DNA of 64,000 nt from Octopus vulgaris (Eukaryota), in the NCBI GenBank assembly GCA_951406725.2, contig OX597821.1, positions 111,786,001 to 111,850,000 of the forward strand. Direction: 5' to 3'. Of this stretch, positions 27,950 to 41,568 are shown one piece after another. Under the pieces are notes generated by a model. It worked only from the letters and a program-made list of their open reading frames with translations. It searched no databases and was not told the origin of the DNA. The position numbers and the translations under genes were made by a program. Within the stretch, counting starts at the first letter, position 1. Every line of letters begins with the position of its first letter.

Positions 27950-28423
27950 ACATCATCATCATCATCATTGTTCGACCGTGGTCGAGACAATGGAATTTAC
28001 CATGCTACGCCAGACTTCACGGTCCATCATGGCATTACGGGGGTCCTGTTGCTGGATGCTTGTATCCCTGGAGATTACATCAGGGTAGGAGAGTGTGCGC
28101 CCTCTGGTATTGCGAGTAGATGGCTTCCAGAGGAGAAGAGTAGAAATTACTTCTTTTTCAGCTCTGCAACAATGTCCAGCAAACTGGACTCTCCTACCTT
28201 TCACAAGAGATGACACAGGTGGTAGTTTCCCATATATTTGCATTTTGGTTGGATGGTGCTTCCACGAGAGATTTTGAGCTCTCATAAGGAGGCGAGTGTA
28301 GGTTCCATCCAACCGCCTCTCAAGCTTCTTTGATAGCGTCCAGGTTTCTGAGCCATATAGTAGAATTGGTTCGACTGTGGCTTTGAAGATTCTACTTAGA
28401 TTTGATGACCAGATCTTATGCAT
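27950..28423 (-). mobile_element. RTE-group (Proto2-like) LINE, 5'-truncated 3' end with (TGA)n tail
   Basis: ORF 27965-28423: LLYGSETWTL..LDGTYTRLL..YGKLP..RRVQFAGHCCR..MMDREVWR. Confidence 0.85.
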
Positions 28424-28712
28424 TAACTTGTCTAAGTTGAATTCTGTAAAATATTAGAGAAAGAAACTTAACTAGTTCTTCCAATACATACCAATACATA
28501 CACCTAAAGAAAAACCGGTATTTTTTGTTATCGCACCCCTTTAAAAAATTGCCATTAAAAAATGGGGTTATCTCCCCACTAAAAAATTGAGTTTATGTGA
28601 CGACAAGAGATTGGATTAAAAGGGTTCGATCCTTTTGATTCAATACTTCAACACATTAATGACTTTTGGACTCCTCAATAGGAATGGTAGGATTTGTTAT
28701 TAAAATGTTATA

Positions 28713-29100
28713 GGCGCAGGAATGGCTGTGTGGTAAGAAACTTGCTTCCCAACCACATGGTTCTGGGTTCAGTGCCACTGCGTCGCACCTTGGGCGAGTG
28801 TCTTCTACTATAGCCTCGGGCCGACCAAAGCCTTGTGAGTAGATTTGGTAGACGGAAACTGAAAGAAGCTCGTCGTATATATGTATATGTATATATATGT
28901 GTGTCTCTATTTGAACCCCACCCCAACATCGCTTGACAACCGATGCTGGTGTGCTTACGTTCCCGTAAATTAGCGGTTCGGCAAAAATGACCGATAGAAT
29001 AAGTACTAAGCTTACAACGATTAAGTCCTGGAGTCGATTTGCTGAACTAAAGGCGGTGCTCCAGCATGGTCGCAGTGAAATGACTGAAACAAGTAAAAGA
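28713..29100 (+). mobile_element. SINE family A, full-length, abutting a SINE C tail (29101-29161)
   Basis: Consensus blocks, followed by GAGCAGGTTGTTCCGTTGATC..GACGGAGTGCC. Confidence 0.88.
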
Positions 29101-29532
29101 GAGCAGGTTGTTCCGTTGATCAGATTAACTGGAGCCTCGTCGTCGTAACTGACGGAGTGCCACGATATATATAACCTTGATTGTGTCACAATATTCAAGA
29201 AATTTTCTTAAAGAATCATTAATTATAATTTCATTTTTATTAAAGATTTGTATAATTGATAATTTTTAATTGACGAAAATATTCTTATACGCACACACGC
29301 ACACACAACACACACACACACACAGCAAACAAACGCAAAAACGCACACACATTTACCTCAAAACCACAAGTTACTTTCTGAAAAATTAAAAATATAAGAA
29401 AAGGCTGGATGAAGCTGTCGCTGATATACAAAAACGACCGAATGATCATGGCTGGAATGCTTTTGATCATCGGATTAGTTCTGCTCTATCAGAGCCGACC
29501 TGGCGCTAAACCGTGACACCAGCAGTAGCAGC

Positions 29533-29900
29533 GCGATGGACCAATGGTTAGGGCAGCGGTCTTGCGGTCGGAGGATCGCGGTTTCGATTCCCAGACCGGG
29601 CGTTGTATATGTTTATTGAGTGAAAACACCTAAAGCTCCACGTTGATCCGGCAGGCGGGGTGACGACCCCTGTTGTACTCTTTCGCTCCACCTTTCTCTC
29701 ACTCTTTCTTCCTGTTTCTTGTCCCCGACTTCCTAAGCAACCGCTGAGCCTGGATGCGCATTCATCCATCCGTCGATGCTCTCGGTGTCGGGGGTTGACC
29801 TGCTTTCTCTTCTGCGGGTCTTACGAATAGCAAAGGACCACGTTTCGGACTTCTAGGACGAAGACCGCTTCGCTCAACAAACAAACAAACAAGCAGCAGC
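29533..29900 (+). mobile_element. tRNA-derived SINE family C with (CAA)n-like tail
   Basis: A box TGGACCAATGG and B box GGTTTCGATTCC; the 3' half is repeated at 30192-30420. Confidence 0.75.
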
Positions 29901-30934
29901 AACAACAACAACACTATCTACAGACGCAGGCATGGCTGTGTAGTAAGAAGCTTGCTTCCCAACCACATGTCTCTGGGTTCAGTCCCACTGCGTGGCACTT
30001 TGGCAAGTGTCTTCTACTATGCCTCGAGCCGGAAACTGAAAGAAGCCCGTCGCATATATATACATAGGTGTGTATGTGTGTGTGTGTGCGTGTGTATGTG
30101 TGCGTGTGTGTGAGCGTGTGTGTGCGTGCGCGTCTTTGTATTTGTGCTTATCCCCCAACACTGCTAGACAACCAGTGATGGTGTATTTACGTCACTCTTT
30201 CTTCCTGTTTCTTGTCCCCGACTTCCTACGCAACTGCTGAGCCTGGATATGCGCATTCATCCATCCGTCGGTGCTCTCGGTGTCGGGGGTTGACCTGCTT
30301 TCTCTTCTGCGGGTCTTACGAATAGCAAAGGACTACGTTTCAGACTTCACCCATCTTGCGAGCCCTGGAATGAAGACCGTTCGCTCAACAGCAACAACAA
30401 CAACCACAACAACACTATCCTCATAAACTAGCGGTTCGTCAAAACGAAAATCGATACAATAACTACCGAGCTTTAAACAAAAAAAAACAACTTAAATACT
30501 AAAAATTCGTCAAGACAGTGCACCAGCAAGGCCGCAGTCTATTAGACTGGAACAAGAGAGAGATGCGAGATAAAAGACTGGTGCGCCCTTAATTACAGAG
30601 ATCATCTACCATAAGATAAGGTAGCGGTTTGTGTTTAACCCCTGCAGAAGCATCGTATCGGCACTGACCCGAATAATAAGACCTATTTAGCGTTTAAATG
30701 GCTGCAGACGATTTTTCTATAGAAATGTGCGTCACACTGCCTTTCTGAGTGGAGAGAAAATGGTCCCAGATGGGTAATCATTCTGTCTCTAAAGGAATTC
30801 ATGAATTCCTTAGACGTGTCAATACTTCGAAAGCCTATAAGCAAAAGCGTGTGTGTTTGTGTGTGTGATATATATATATATATATATCTGTCTGTCTGTC
30901 TGTCTATCTCTCTCTCTATTTGTCTGTCTATTTC

Positions 30935-31065
<131 letters not shown>

Positions 31066-31069
31066 CTAC

Positions 31070-31127
<58 letters not shown>

Positions 31128-31159
31128 GTCTGTCTGTCTGTCTGTCTGTCTATTATATT

Positions 31160-31665
31160 CTTTTAGTTATTTCAGTCATTTGACTGCCGCCATGCTGGAG
31201 CACCTCCTTGAAGGGATTTTAGTCGAACAAATCGACCCCAGGACTTATTTTTCTTTTAAGCCTAATACTGGTTTTATTGGTCCTTTCTGCCAAACCGGGG
31301 ACGTAAACAAACCAGCACCTGTTGTCAAGCGGTGATGGACTGGACAAACACAGACACAAAGACACACGCATATAGACACACACACAAACACATATACGAC
31401 GGGTTTCTTTCAGTTTCCGTCTACTAAATCCACTCACACGGCTTTGGTCGATCCGAGGCTATAGTAGAAGACACTTGCTCAAGGTGCTACGCAGTGGGAC
31501 TGAACCCGGAACCATGTGGTTGGGAAGCAAGCTTCTTGCCACACAACCACACACACGGTACTTTAGGCAAGTGTCTTCTATTATAGCGTCGGGACGGCCA
31601 AAGCCTTATGAGTGTGTTTGGTTAACGGAAACTGAAAGAAGCCCGTCGTATATACATACACACAC

Positions 31666-31698
<33 letters not shown>

Positions 31699-31922
31699 TG
31701 TATGTATGTATGTATGTATGTATGTATGTATGTATGTATGTATGTATGTATGTATGTATTTGTGTGTCTGTGTTTACAGCTCTGTAAGCTAGCGGTTCGG
31801 TCAAAGAACCCGATAGAATAAGTACCAGGCTTTCAAAAATAAGTCCTGAGGTTGATTCATTCGACTAAAAGGCGGTGCTCCAGCATGGCCGCAGTCAAGT
31901 GACTGAAACAAGTAAAAAGAAT
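31160..31922. mobile_element. Head-to-head pair of SINE A copies (31160-31552 minus; 31556-31922 plus)
   Basis: Family A blocks in opposite orientations. Confidence 0.85.
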
Positions 31923-32228
31923 AGAAAGGATATTTATGAGGGAAGGCAGGTGGCACGGACAGTAGGGCAGGTGGCGTCCGCTCCGATCATTATTTCGACG
32001 CACAGCACGAGATGCTAATCATATGAAACGAAATGCCTGCTGTTTACAAAATACAAGTTCCTTTACAGAAAAAAATTGCTCGTTTGTTCGGTTGTAGGGT
32101 GCAGTAAATTCAAAGAACACCGCCCTAACGACACCAGGAAATAAGGTCAACCTGTTTGCTGGTTTCTATCCAGTAAAGATAGGGCGTTGGAGAGAGATAA
32201 ACCGAAAGGATTCATTTCAAATACAGCA

Positions 32229-32294
<66 letters not shown>

Positions 32295-32586
32295 ACCTGT
32301 TTATTGTTGTTTAGACGAAAAGTCAGGCCTGATCGGGCGAACCAAGGATCAAGAAAATATTTCGACCGTGACGATATCGTTCCTTTCTTTCTTTTTCCTG
32401 TTTTTCTATCATTTTTTCTTTTCTTCTTGAGGTCACGCAGCACGAGCCACCGAATGGGAGAGAGAAAAAGAGAGAGAGAGAGAGAGAATGGAAAAGAGAA
32501 AAATGAGAGAGAGAGAGAATGGGAGAGGGAATGATGAAGAGAGAGAGTCAACGTAGTTAGTGACTCGCTTAGAAATAGCAACTACT

Positions 32587-33120
32587 GGCGCAAGCGTGGA
32601 TGAGTGGTAAGAAGCTTGCTACTCAATCACATAGTTCTGGGTTCGGTCCTATTGCGTGGCACCTTGGGCAAGTGTCTTCTACTAGCGCCTCACGGCGACC
32701 AAAGCCTTGTTCGAGGGTTTGGTAGACGGGAACTGAAAGAAGCACATTGTATGTATGTATGTATGTATGTGGCTGTGTGGTAAGTAGCTTGCTTACCAAC
32801 CATATGGTTCCAGGTTCAGTCTCACTGCGTAGCACGTTGGGCAAATTTCTTCTACCATAGCCTTGGGCTGATCAAAGCCTCGTGAGTGCATTTGGTAGAC
32901 GGAAACTGCAAGAAGCCCGTCGTATATGCTTATATATGTGTATGTATGTGTGTGTAGGTGAGTACGTCTTTATGTCTGTGCTTGTTCCTCTCCACCGCTT
33001 GATAACCGGTGTTGGTTTCTTTGCATTCACCTAACTCAGCGGTTCGACAAAAAGAGTGTCCGTTAGAATAAGTACCAGATTTAAAATAAATAAGTTGCAG
33101 AGTTGATTTGTTCGATTAAA
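32587..33120 (+). mobile_element. Two tandem SINE A copies (partial plus near-complete)
   Basis: Heads at ~32587 and ~32768. Confidence 0.8.
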
Positions 33121-33414
33121 AACGGATCATTGCGGTTTGAGTCACTGCATTTCGAAATCTTTAAAAAAAATTTGTGAATCCGAATTTGTTATTTATTTAT
33201 TCCAGAAAACATTTGCGAAAATATTACAAGTTTTCGAAGTTTGATAATTCGAAATACGAGAGTAGAAAGAAAAACTGCCAACAACTGGTGAAGGGTCGTT
33301 TTTTTTGTGTTGTCTGTCTTGTTTTCCATTTTTATCTTTCGTTGTTCGAAAAAAATAGTTCATATTCCATGTACTCGTACTTCGTATTTTTTGTTATACA
33401 CGTTTCGTGACGTC

Positions 33415-33498
<84 letters not shown>

Positions 33499-33545
33499 CG
33501 TATAGATGTAAGAATGCACATATACATATGTATATATGCATATGG

Positions 33546-33667
<122 letters not shown>

Positions 33668-34232
33668 GTGTGTGTCTCCCATCACTGCTTGAAAACTGGT
33701 GTCGGTGTGTTTACGTCCCTGTAGCTTAGCGATTCGGCAAAACAAACTGATCGGATAAACATCAGGCTTAAAACAAAGAACACTGGAATCGACTCGTTTA
33801 ATCAAAATTCTTCAAGACGGTGCCCCTGCATGGACGCAATCCAATGACTAAAAACAAGTAACAAAAACAAAAAGGTTGCTGAGCCTTAACAATCGCCGCG
33901 AAAATACCCAATTAGCGAGCAGTCCTCAATAGTGGTCTTAAACCATAAAACATACTCGAGATGTCTAGTAAAGCGCCATAGCTTCCGACCATTCTCTTTG
34001 ACCAGGACTGTTTGATCCAATGTCGGATAGTTTTATGTGCAATCGTTGAGAGTTTGTGTTTAAGAGAGAATCTTTTTGGCCTTTAATGAAATATTCAGTA
34101 AGGAAATTAGAATAACGGCTGAATACGAAGCAACGCAGTAAATGTTATGTCTTCTGATCATACATGCACATGCGCACACGCACATATGCACACACACAAA
34201 CGCTTACATACCTACCTACCTACCTACATACA

Positions 34233-34263
<31 letters not shown>

Positions 34264-34770
34264 GTATACAAACTTATTGATTTGCGAATGAACAATTACC
34301 TGAAGCTTAATAATAGACATGTTGCAAACAGTAACATTTCTCTAGTCTTCTTCTTCTTCTTCTTCTTCTTCTTCTTCTTCTTCTTCTTCTTCTTCTTCTT
34401 CTTCTTCTCCTTCTCCTTCTTCTCCTTCTTTCTCTCCTCCTCCTTCTTTTTCTCCCCCTCCCATCTTCTCTCTTCCTTCCCCTTATCCTCCCCTTCCCCT
34501 CTTCTTTCTATTACTGGATTGCGGCCAAACTGGAGCAAATCGATGCCGGTAATTTCTTTATTTTATAAAAGCCTGCTGTTTCTTACATCTGTTATCGATT
34601 TCTTCTGTTTAAAAAAACCGTTTAGGGTACAGAAACGTAAACAAACCAACACCGGTTGTCAAGCGCTGTGGTGACAAAAACACAAAGACACACACACTCA
34701 TACACATATGCGCATTCATAAGTGTATACACACACACATATATGTATGTATGTGTGTGTGTGTACTCACG

Positions 34771-34906
34771 AATCCATTCACCTGAAGACGTGCAGGTACA
34801 CAGTCATTGTGGGATCACATTAATGCAATAATGTGCATGATATGTGAAGCACTCACCAATTACCACCTGATACAGATGCGCAGAAACAATTGTAGTGTTT
34901 TGGATT
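34771..34906 (+). ncRNA. Type I hammerhead ribozyme motif with long loop II
   Basis: Reads AATCCA-TT-CAC-CTGAAGA-CGTGCA..TGCGCA-GAAA-CAATTG-TA-GTG-TTT-TGGATT: intact core, palindromic stem III, bipartite stem I. The first pair of stem II is mismatched (C-A). Confidence 0.7.
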
Positions 34907-35104
34907 AAAGCCTGTTTATTTCATCGTCTAGTATTATAATTTTCTTTTTTGTGTGTGTGAATTCTGCAGATATTAACGGATTTTCTCATGCAAACCAATA
35001 AGAGGAGAATTCCTGCTGCATGATAGCATATGGTAGCCAATACAGGTGGAGGAGCTTTGAAATGCATGCTATAAAATAATTACCGAGAGGATATTAAACA
35101 TGTG

Positions 35105-35139
<35 letters not shown>

Positions 35140-35407
35140 TGTGTGTGAAAAATGAAACAAAAATACAATAATAGAAATATTAAAATTACTAAGTCTCTCT
35201 AAAATGCCATATTAGTATGGCGATAACTATTATTTTAAAAAATACAATAGAGAACAATAAAACATTCGGAAAGATAGACGATAGAAAGGTGGACAGGAGA
35301 AACAACAATTAGAGGGACAGGAAAAAAAAAACAGACGGGTCATTCGTGGCCTTCTTTTATCAGTCAAGTTTAACAGAAGTCCTTACTGTTTCGAGCAGTT
35401 AGACTTA

Positions 35408-35500
<93 letters not shown>

Positions 35501-35502
<2 letters not shown>

Positions 35503-35924
35503 TTTACTCTTTACTCTTTTACTTGTTTCAGTCATTTGGCTGAGGCCATGCTGGAGCACGGCCTTTAGTCGAGCAAATCGACCCCAGGACTTATTCTTTT
35601 GAAGCCTAGTACTTCTTCTATCGGTCTCTTTTGCCGAACTGCTAAGTTACGGGGATGTAAACACACCAGCATCGGTTGTTAAGCGACGTTGGGGGACAAA
35701 CACAGACACACAAACATATACATACACATACATATATATACATATATATATACATATATACGACGGGCTTCTTTCAGTTTCCGCCTACCAAATCCGCTCA
35801 CAAGGCTTTGGTCGGCCCGAGGCTATAGTAGGAGGCACTTTCCCAAGATGTCACGCAGTGGGACTGAACCCGGAACCATGTGGTTGGTAAGCAAGCTACT
35901 TACCACACAGCCTCTCTTGCGCCT
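35501..35924 (-). mobile_element. SINE family A, full-length
   Basis: Reverse complement of the consensus. Confidence 0.9.
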
Positions 35925-36877
35925 ATATATATATATATGGGCGCAGGTATGACTGCGTAGTTTGGAAATTTGATTCGTAACCACATTTCGGCTCAATCTC
36001 ACTGCGTGGAACCTCGAGCAAGTTCCTCCTTCTATAGCCCCCTTTCGGACAAAATGCTTAACGGCATTTCGTCCTCTTTCGCGTTCTCAGTTCAAATTCC
36101 ACCGAGGTCGACTTTGCCTTTAATCCTTTCGGGATCGATAAAATAAGTACCAGTTGAGTACCGGCGTCGATGTAATCGACTTACCCTCTCCCCCAAAATT
36201 GCTGGCCTTGTGGCAAAATTTGAAATCATTATGTAATTGATAGCGATTATCGTATGGTTGACGATGAGTATTATGCGACTCGCGGTGATTATCAATTGAT
36301 CTACTTGCAAAGTATTGCTCAGCTCAAGATGCCGCGCATTGGACCTGATCTGGAAACCACGCAAACCGATATGATTCTGAAGGGAACTATTTAATCACAC
36401 AACCATGCCTGCTTATAAAACAAATTGATTAATAATCGGAGGCAGATACAAAACACTATAGAATTCTTTGCATTTTGAAAGCTATTCATTTGTCACACCG
36501 TAAGTATGTAACTGTTAGCTTTGCCAGCGATGTGAGGAAATTTAAAACTTTCTGCTTGTTTCACAGTAAGAAGTCTGAAGCAGTTGTTGCATGACTTCTT
36601 CGTTTTAGCTTCACTTAATCTATTCATTTGATGAGTTGCTGAATTATCATCAACATGTAGTTGTAACGACCAGAGTTTTAATACTGAAGTAAATTCAGAC
36701 AAAAGAACTTTGGTTCACTGGCGATAATGTATGATGTAATTTGACGTTTCGACTTTCTGGGTTCCTGTCTAGTTGATTCACCATATTTTTTTTTATTTCA
36801 ATTGATTTTATCTTTTTCTAGTTATGGTGTGAGCAGTGACTACGTTGTGCTTATCGGACTATGATTAACAACCTAAG

Positions 36878-37018
<141 letters not shown>

Positions 37019-37627
37019 CAGAAAATCTCTTGCTGTAGACAAATAGGTGTAAATATACTGAGTCACTTCTCAGCCCGTCTAACTAGACTGTTGGATGCAT
37101 GCATTTCGGAGTAGTTATCTCCTCTTCAGTAGCAGATACCAGAAAGGCAGACGCTACCAACTGACAGGAGAAACAGGTCCCTCTTATGATGTTTCCGCCA
37201 TCATTCAATGACCTGGATGCGCTATTCGGCGGTTCACCATAATTAAAATACGGGAAGCCAGCGTTAACTTATGACCAGCTTACATACGCTTGTATATGAT
37301 CAAGACGTTCCAGCCGTGACCATCTCGTCTTATATATGTTAAAAACTACATTCTCCACTGTATCTCTCCTTTTCTCAGTTGTTTTGGAGCTGTACGGTAC
37401 ACCCAGCCACGTGTATCGTAATTCAATGAGGTGGTTGTTGAGTTGATTGAACAATTGGGGTATACCTCGGTTTACGAACGCCTCTGATCACGAATAAACC
37501 GTGGTCTCGTGTTCAGTCCTACTAGGTGGTACCTCGGGCAAGTGTCTCCTAATATAGTTCCGGGCCAATTAATGCCTTGTGAGTGGATTTTGTTGATGGA
37601 AACTGAAGGAAGCCTGTCGCATATATG

Positions 37628-37677
<50 letters not shown>

Positions 37678-37746
37678 TTTGTATTTGTCTTTGCCCACCT
37701 CTCCACCGCATGGTGTTGGTTTGTATATGACCCTGTAACCTAGTTG

Positions 37747-38053
37747 GGCACTCCGTCGGTGAGGACGACGAGTGTTCCAGTTGATTTGTTCAAGGGAATA
37801 GCCAGCTCGTGAAATTAACGGGAAAATAGCTGAGTGCCCCACAGACACGCGTACCCTTAACATAAATTCTCTGGGTGATTCAGTGGGAAAAGGATGGCCC
37901 TTTCAAATAGAGGTACAAATAATTTTTGTCAGCTAAGTAAACCGAAGTAACATAAAATAAAGTGTCTTGCTTAAGGATGCAACACGTCTCCAGGGATCGG
38001 ACTCACGACTTTATAATTGTGAACCGAATGCCCTAACCACTAAGCCACACACT
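37747..38053 (-). mobile_element. tRNA-headed SINE sharing its 3' tail with family C, inserted in a SINE A copy
   Basis: Minus head GTGTGGCTTAGTGGTTAGGGCATTCGG..GAGTCCGATCCC; tail AACTGGAACACTCGTCGTCC..GACGGAGTGCC. The host SINE A resumes at ~38072. Confidence 0.7.
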
Positions 38054-39089
38054 TTAATTCGTGTGACATAAAGGTTCGGCAAAAAAGACCGATAGAATAA
38101 ATACTAGATTTTAAAAGAGGATATAAATATGGAACTAAAACACGTCAAGGTGATGCCCCAGTCCAGTGAAACAAGCAAAAAACAAAGATACTCCCCGTCG
38201 AAACCGACGGAAGAATCGTTAACGGTTGACATTGATAACTGGAGTCGTTGGATTGAATGAAGACGCTTTGTGTGTGTTTTTTTTCCTGATCGTTGTCGAT
38301 TTAGCTTACGGTTTGAATAAGTCGATGAGAACAATTATATATGTCAGTAAATGAGTATTTCCGATCGAGAGAAGTTCTTATCGTTTGGTAATATGAAATA
38401 AAACAGGATAGATTGCTGTCCAATCTCTGGAGATTGCTGCTACGATAGGATTGTTTTTGGTTAGAACTATATTGTCAGATACTAGAATATGGAAACGGTG
38501 AAGAAACAAGTTATCAATTCTTGTCGCGTCCCGCTGTGCCTAAATACGATTACAAATCTTGTTTGATGTCAAAAAGCAGAATTCTAGCTTCCATAATAAC
38601 CATTTTCTACTCCTCTCCCCTATCTCTTTTTCTTGCTCTCTTTCGAAATAATCTGTTTGTGACATTTCGAAGAAGGTTTCTGGTCAATAATAAATGCAAT
38701 CAAAACAAGGAAGGCTGCTCTATTCTATTCTATTCTAACCAGCAGTTTTCGGTGTGTTGTTGATGAGAAAGTTGAACGTGAGTAGAATTTTCGTATGGAA
38801 GTCACGTTACCGATTCTGAAATTTTACTCAACTTAAACACTGCTTTTAAGCCATTTGAATTAATTGGTGATAATCATCAACTACTGGAATCTATGTTAAG
38901 AATTTGACGTCTGACATATTTTAGTCAGTAATTAAGCGGTATATAGAAAAGGCGGGGGGGAAATAGCGGCTTATTTTGTAGGCTACCGAAGTTTTGCGAC
39001 TCAAGAAAACAAGTTCGCTGCCTGCGTGTATCATATTTTACAGATTTGTGATGTTAATATATTCTAGAGCTGTTGCTTATGAGCGCCAC

Positions 39090-39450
39090 TTAGTCTAGGG
39101 AATTCATTATAAAAGACATCACTTCAATTCTTAAGCAGAATTCGTTCAAAATTGGGACCACGTACCATACACCCCCAACACAATTCAGCCTCACAACACA
39201 AATTCACAGCAACACAATTTCTTTTCAACATTCTCTGCCCTATTTAAGATCCCATCACCTTCGAACGAAACTTGGACTAATTTCTTCAAGAGGTACCAGA
39301 TAAGCTACCTATTCCTGGCTACATCTCAGTCAACAACAATTATCTACAGGCATGGGTCATAATGCCACAGAACTTGACTTAGAAATGGCGTAGCAGACTG
39401 TCAGGTTGAGCAGACTTAGACATGGCCTGGGCCAATTTATGATCGAAACA
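39090..39450 (+). mobile_element. Old CR1/L2-group LINE 3' remnant
   Basis: Decayed frame LFN..FERNLD*FLQEVPDKLPIPGYISVNNNYLQAW, typical of the C-terminus of this group. Confidence 0.55.
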
Positions 39451-40584
39451 ATTTATCTAGGCTTACAATTTCCTACGCAATACCAGTGTATTAGAACCAA
39501 ATCGATCTCCACTAACAAATGAAAGTAAGGCCTCTCGGGCATTTTGGAAAGGTGCTCTCGTCATCAATGTTTGGCTTTGTTGTTCTTTGACTAAAAAAAA
39601 AAAATTTCCGAATTTTAGATAAGCACTGCGGCTAATTTTGGTATGTGAATCATGAAGAATTCTTGATTCCTTGGATTTTGAGATTGTCACCGCTTCTCAT
39701 TTGGAGTTGGTCCCAGTTGCCACCTAGCGATTGTTTTACCTTCTCTAGAAGCAGAGATAATTTCAATACATCAGAAATTTATCCGGTGTACTATTCAATA
39801 AACTGTTATTAGACTTCGTTGCTCAAAACTATGCAATTAGCCACTTTGAGTTATATTCCATAGATCTATTTTGTTAAATGAAACAAAACAAAACACACAC
39901 TAACATACACACATAGTTGTTAATCCAGTCACGTGGTGGAATAGAAGTAATGAAGCTGAAAATGCACATATAATATATTAGAATGAATAAGTATTTAATT
40001 ATATTAAAAAATCCTAGAGAGTGGATTTGTTAGGCGGAAACTGAAAGAAGTCCGACGCGCGCGGGCGCGCGCGTTTGTTTCTATCTCTACTTGTCCCCCA
40101 CTACCACTTTACAATCGGTGTTAGTGTGTTTGCGTCCTAGTAACGAAGCAACTAGGCAAAAGAGACCGATAGAATAAAAGGTTTTAAAAAAATAAGTATT
40201 CTGTTGATTCATTCGACTAAAACTTCCTCAAGGCGGTAACCAAGCATGACCACAATCAAACAACCGAAACAAATAAAAGATTAAAAAAATGCATACATAC
40301 ATACATACAGGAGCAGCATTGGGTTTAAATAGGCACCTATGTATCATACTTAATGCAAATACATCATGTAAGTCAATTTTGCTGCAGTATTCGTTCAGAG
40401 ACAATATTTCTTATGGACCTACTGTGTTTAAAAAGACGATATATATAGTGGGGGCAGGCGGAAATCGTCAAGCAGCGGCTGGTTAGGATGCTAGGTGCAT
40501 TTCTACTTCGTTGAGTGTTGTCAATAACATGCACTCACGCTCACAGCCAGTTGCACGCTAAGATGAAATTTGTCGCCAGAGATA

Positions 40585-41568
40585 TATGCGGTCTGATCTA
40601 AAAGTATCGTGACTGGTGCTATAATAAGAAAGCTACTACACATATCTATTCGGTATTTAATCTCCTTCGAAGTATTCCGTTTTTGAAGCAACACACTAGC
40701 GTCCTTACCAGTGACGGAAACATTCCTGGAAATAAGTCGGCGAGCTGGCAGAAACGTTAGAGGCGCCGGGCGAAATGCTTAGCGGTATTTCGTCTGCCGT
40801 TACGTTCTCAGTTCAAATTCCGCCGAGGTCGACTTTGCCTTTCATCCTTTCGGGGTCGATAAATTAAGTACCAGTTACACACTGGGGTCGATGTAATCGG
40901 CTTAATCTGTTTGTCTGTCCTTGTTTGTCCTCTCTGCATTTAGCTCCTTGTGGGTAGTAAAGAAATAGGTATTTCGTCTGCCGCAACGTTCTGAGTTCAA
41001 ATTCCGCCGAGGTCGACTTTACCTTTCATCCTTTCGGGGTCGATTAAATAAGTACCAATTACGCACTGTGGTCGATGTAATCGACTTAATCCCTTTGTCT
41101 TTCTTTGTTTGTCCCCTTTATGTTTAGCCCCTTGTGGGCAATAAAAAAATAGGAAACATTCCTGGAACTCCTTTTTTTTTTTTGACTGAGAGCAGCTGCC
41201 CCGTCGCATTCCTTCGGATATATTCGATGTCTTCAAACCTTCTTCCTTTTAAGTGAGATTTGATTTTTGCCTTGGTTTCGGGGTTTTAGCCATAGACCCA
41301 CGATTCGTCACCTGTTATAGCGACTTTCAATTCTTTCTCGACACAATCAAGGAGATCCTATGCAGCTGAAAACCCGATATCTTTTTTAAGACGACCATAC
41401 TCTAAACACTTTACTTCCAAGCACTGATATAAGCGACAAAAGTGAGTGAGAAGGTTATAACTCAGTATGCATGCGCGAGGGCATCCAAGGTCAATTTGTG
41501 CCAAGTGGCTTTACTCTGCGTACTTCAGCTCCGTTACAGTTCCGATACTTTTTTGTTCATAACTCGTA
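40585..41568 (-). mobile_element. Internally deleted mariner element carrying a SINE B insertion
   Basis: TIRs TATGCGGTCTGATCTAAAAGTATCG / CGATACTTTTTTGTTCATAACTCGTA. The minus strand codes ITGDESWVY..PETK fused to KIKSHLKGRRF..FQECF..CVASKTEYFE. Confidence 0.85.
40732..41151 (+). mobile_element. SINE family B (two tandem units) with 16-bp TSD
   Basis: TSD GGAAACATTCCTGGAA at 40716-40731 and 41152-41167. Confidence 0.92.

Noticed and set aside
29790-29840. HDV-like ribozyme in the SINE C tail (..CGAATAGCA)
   Set aside because: Hairpins are present, but I could not assign P3 or P1.1 of the nested pseudoknot.
36470-36510. 18-nt microexon (AAG|CTATTC..CACC|GTAAGT)
   Set aside because: Only a splice-like motif, with no supporting gene context.
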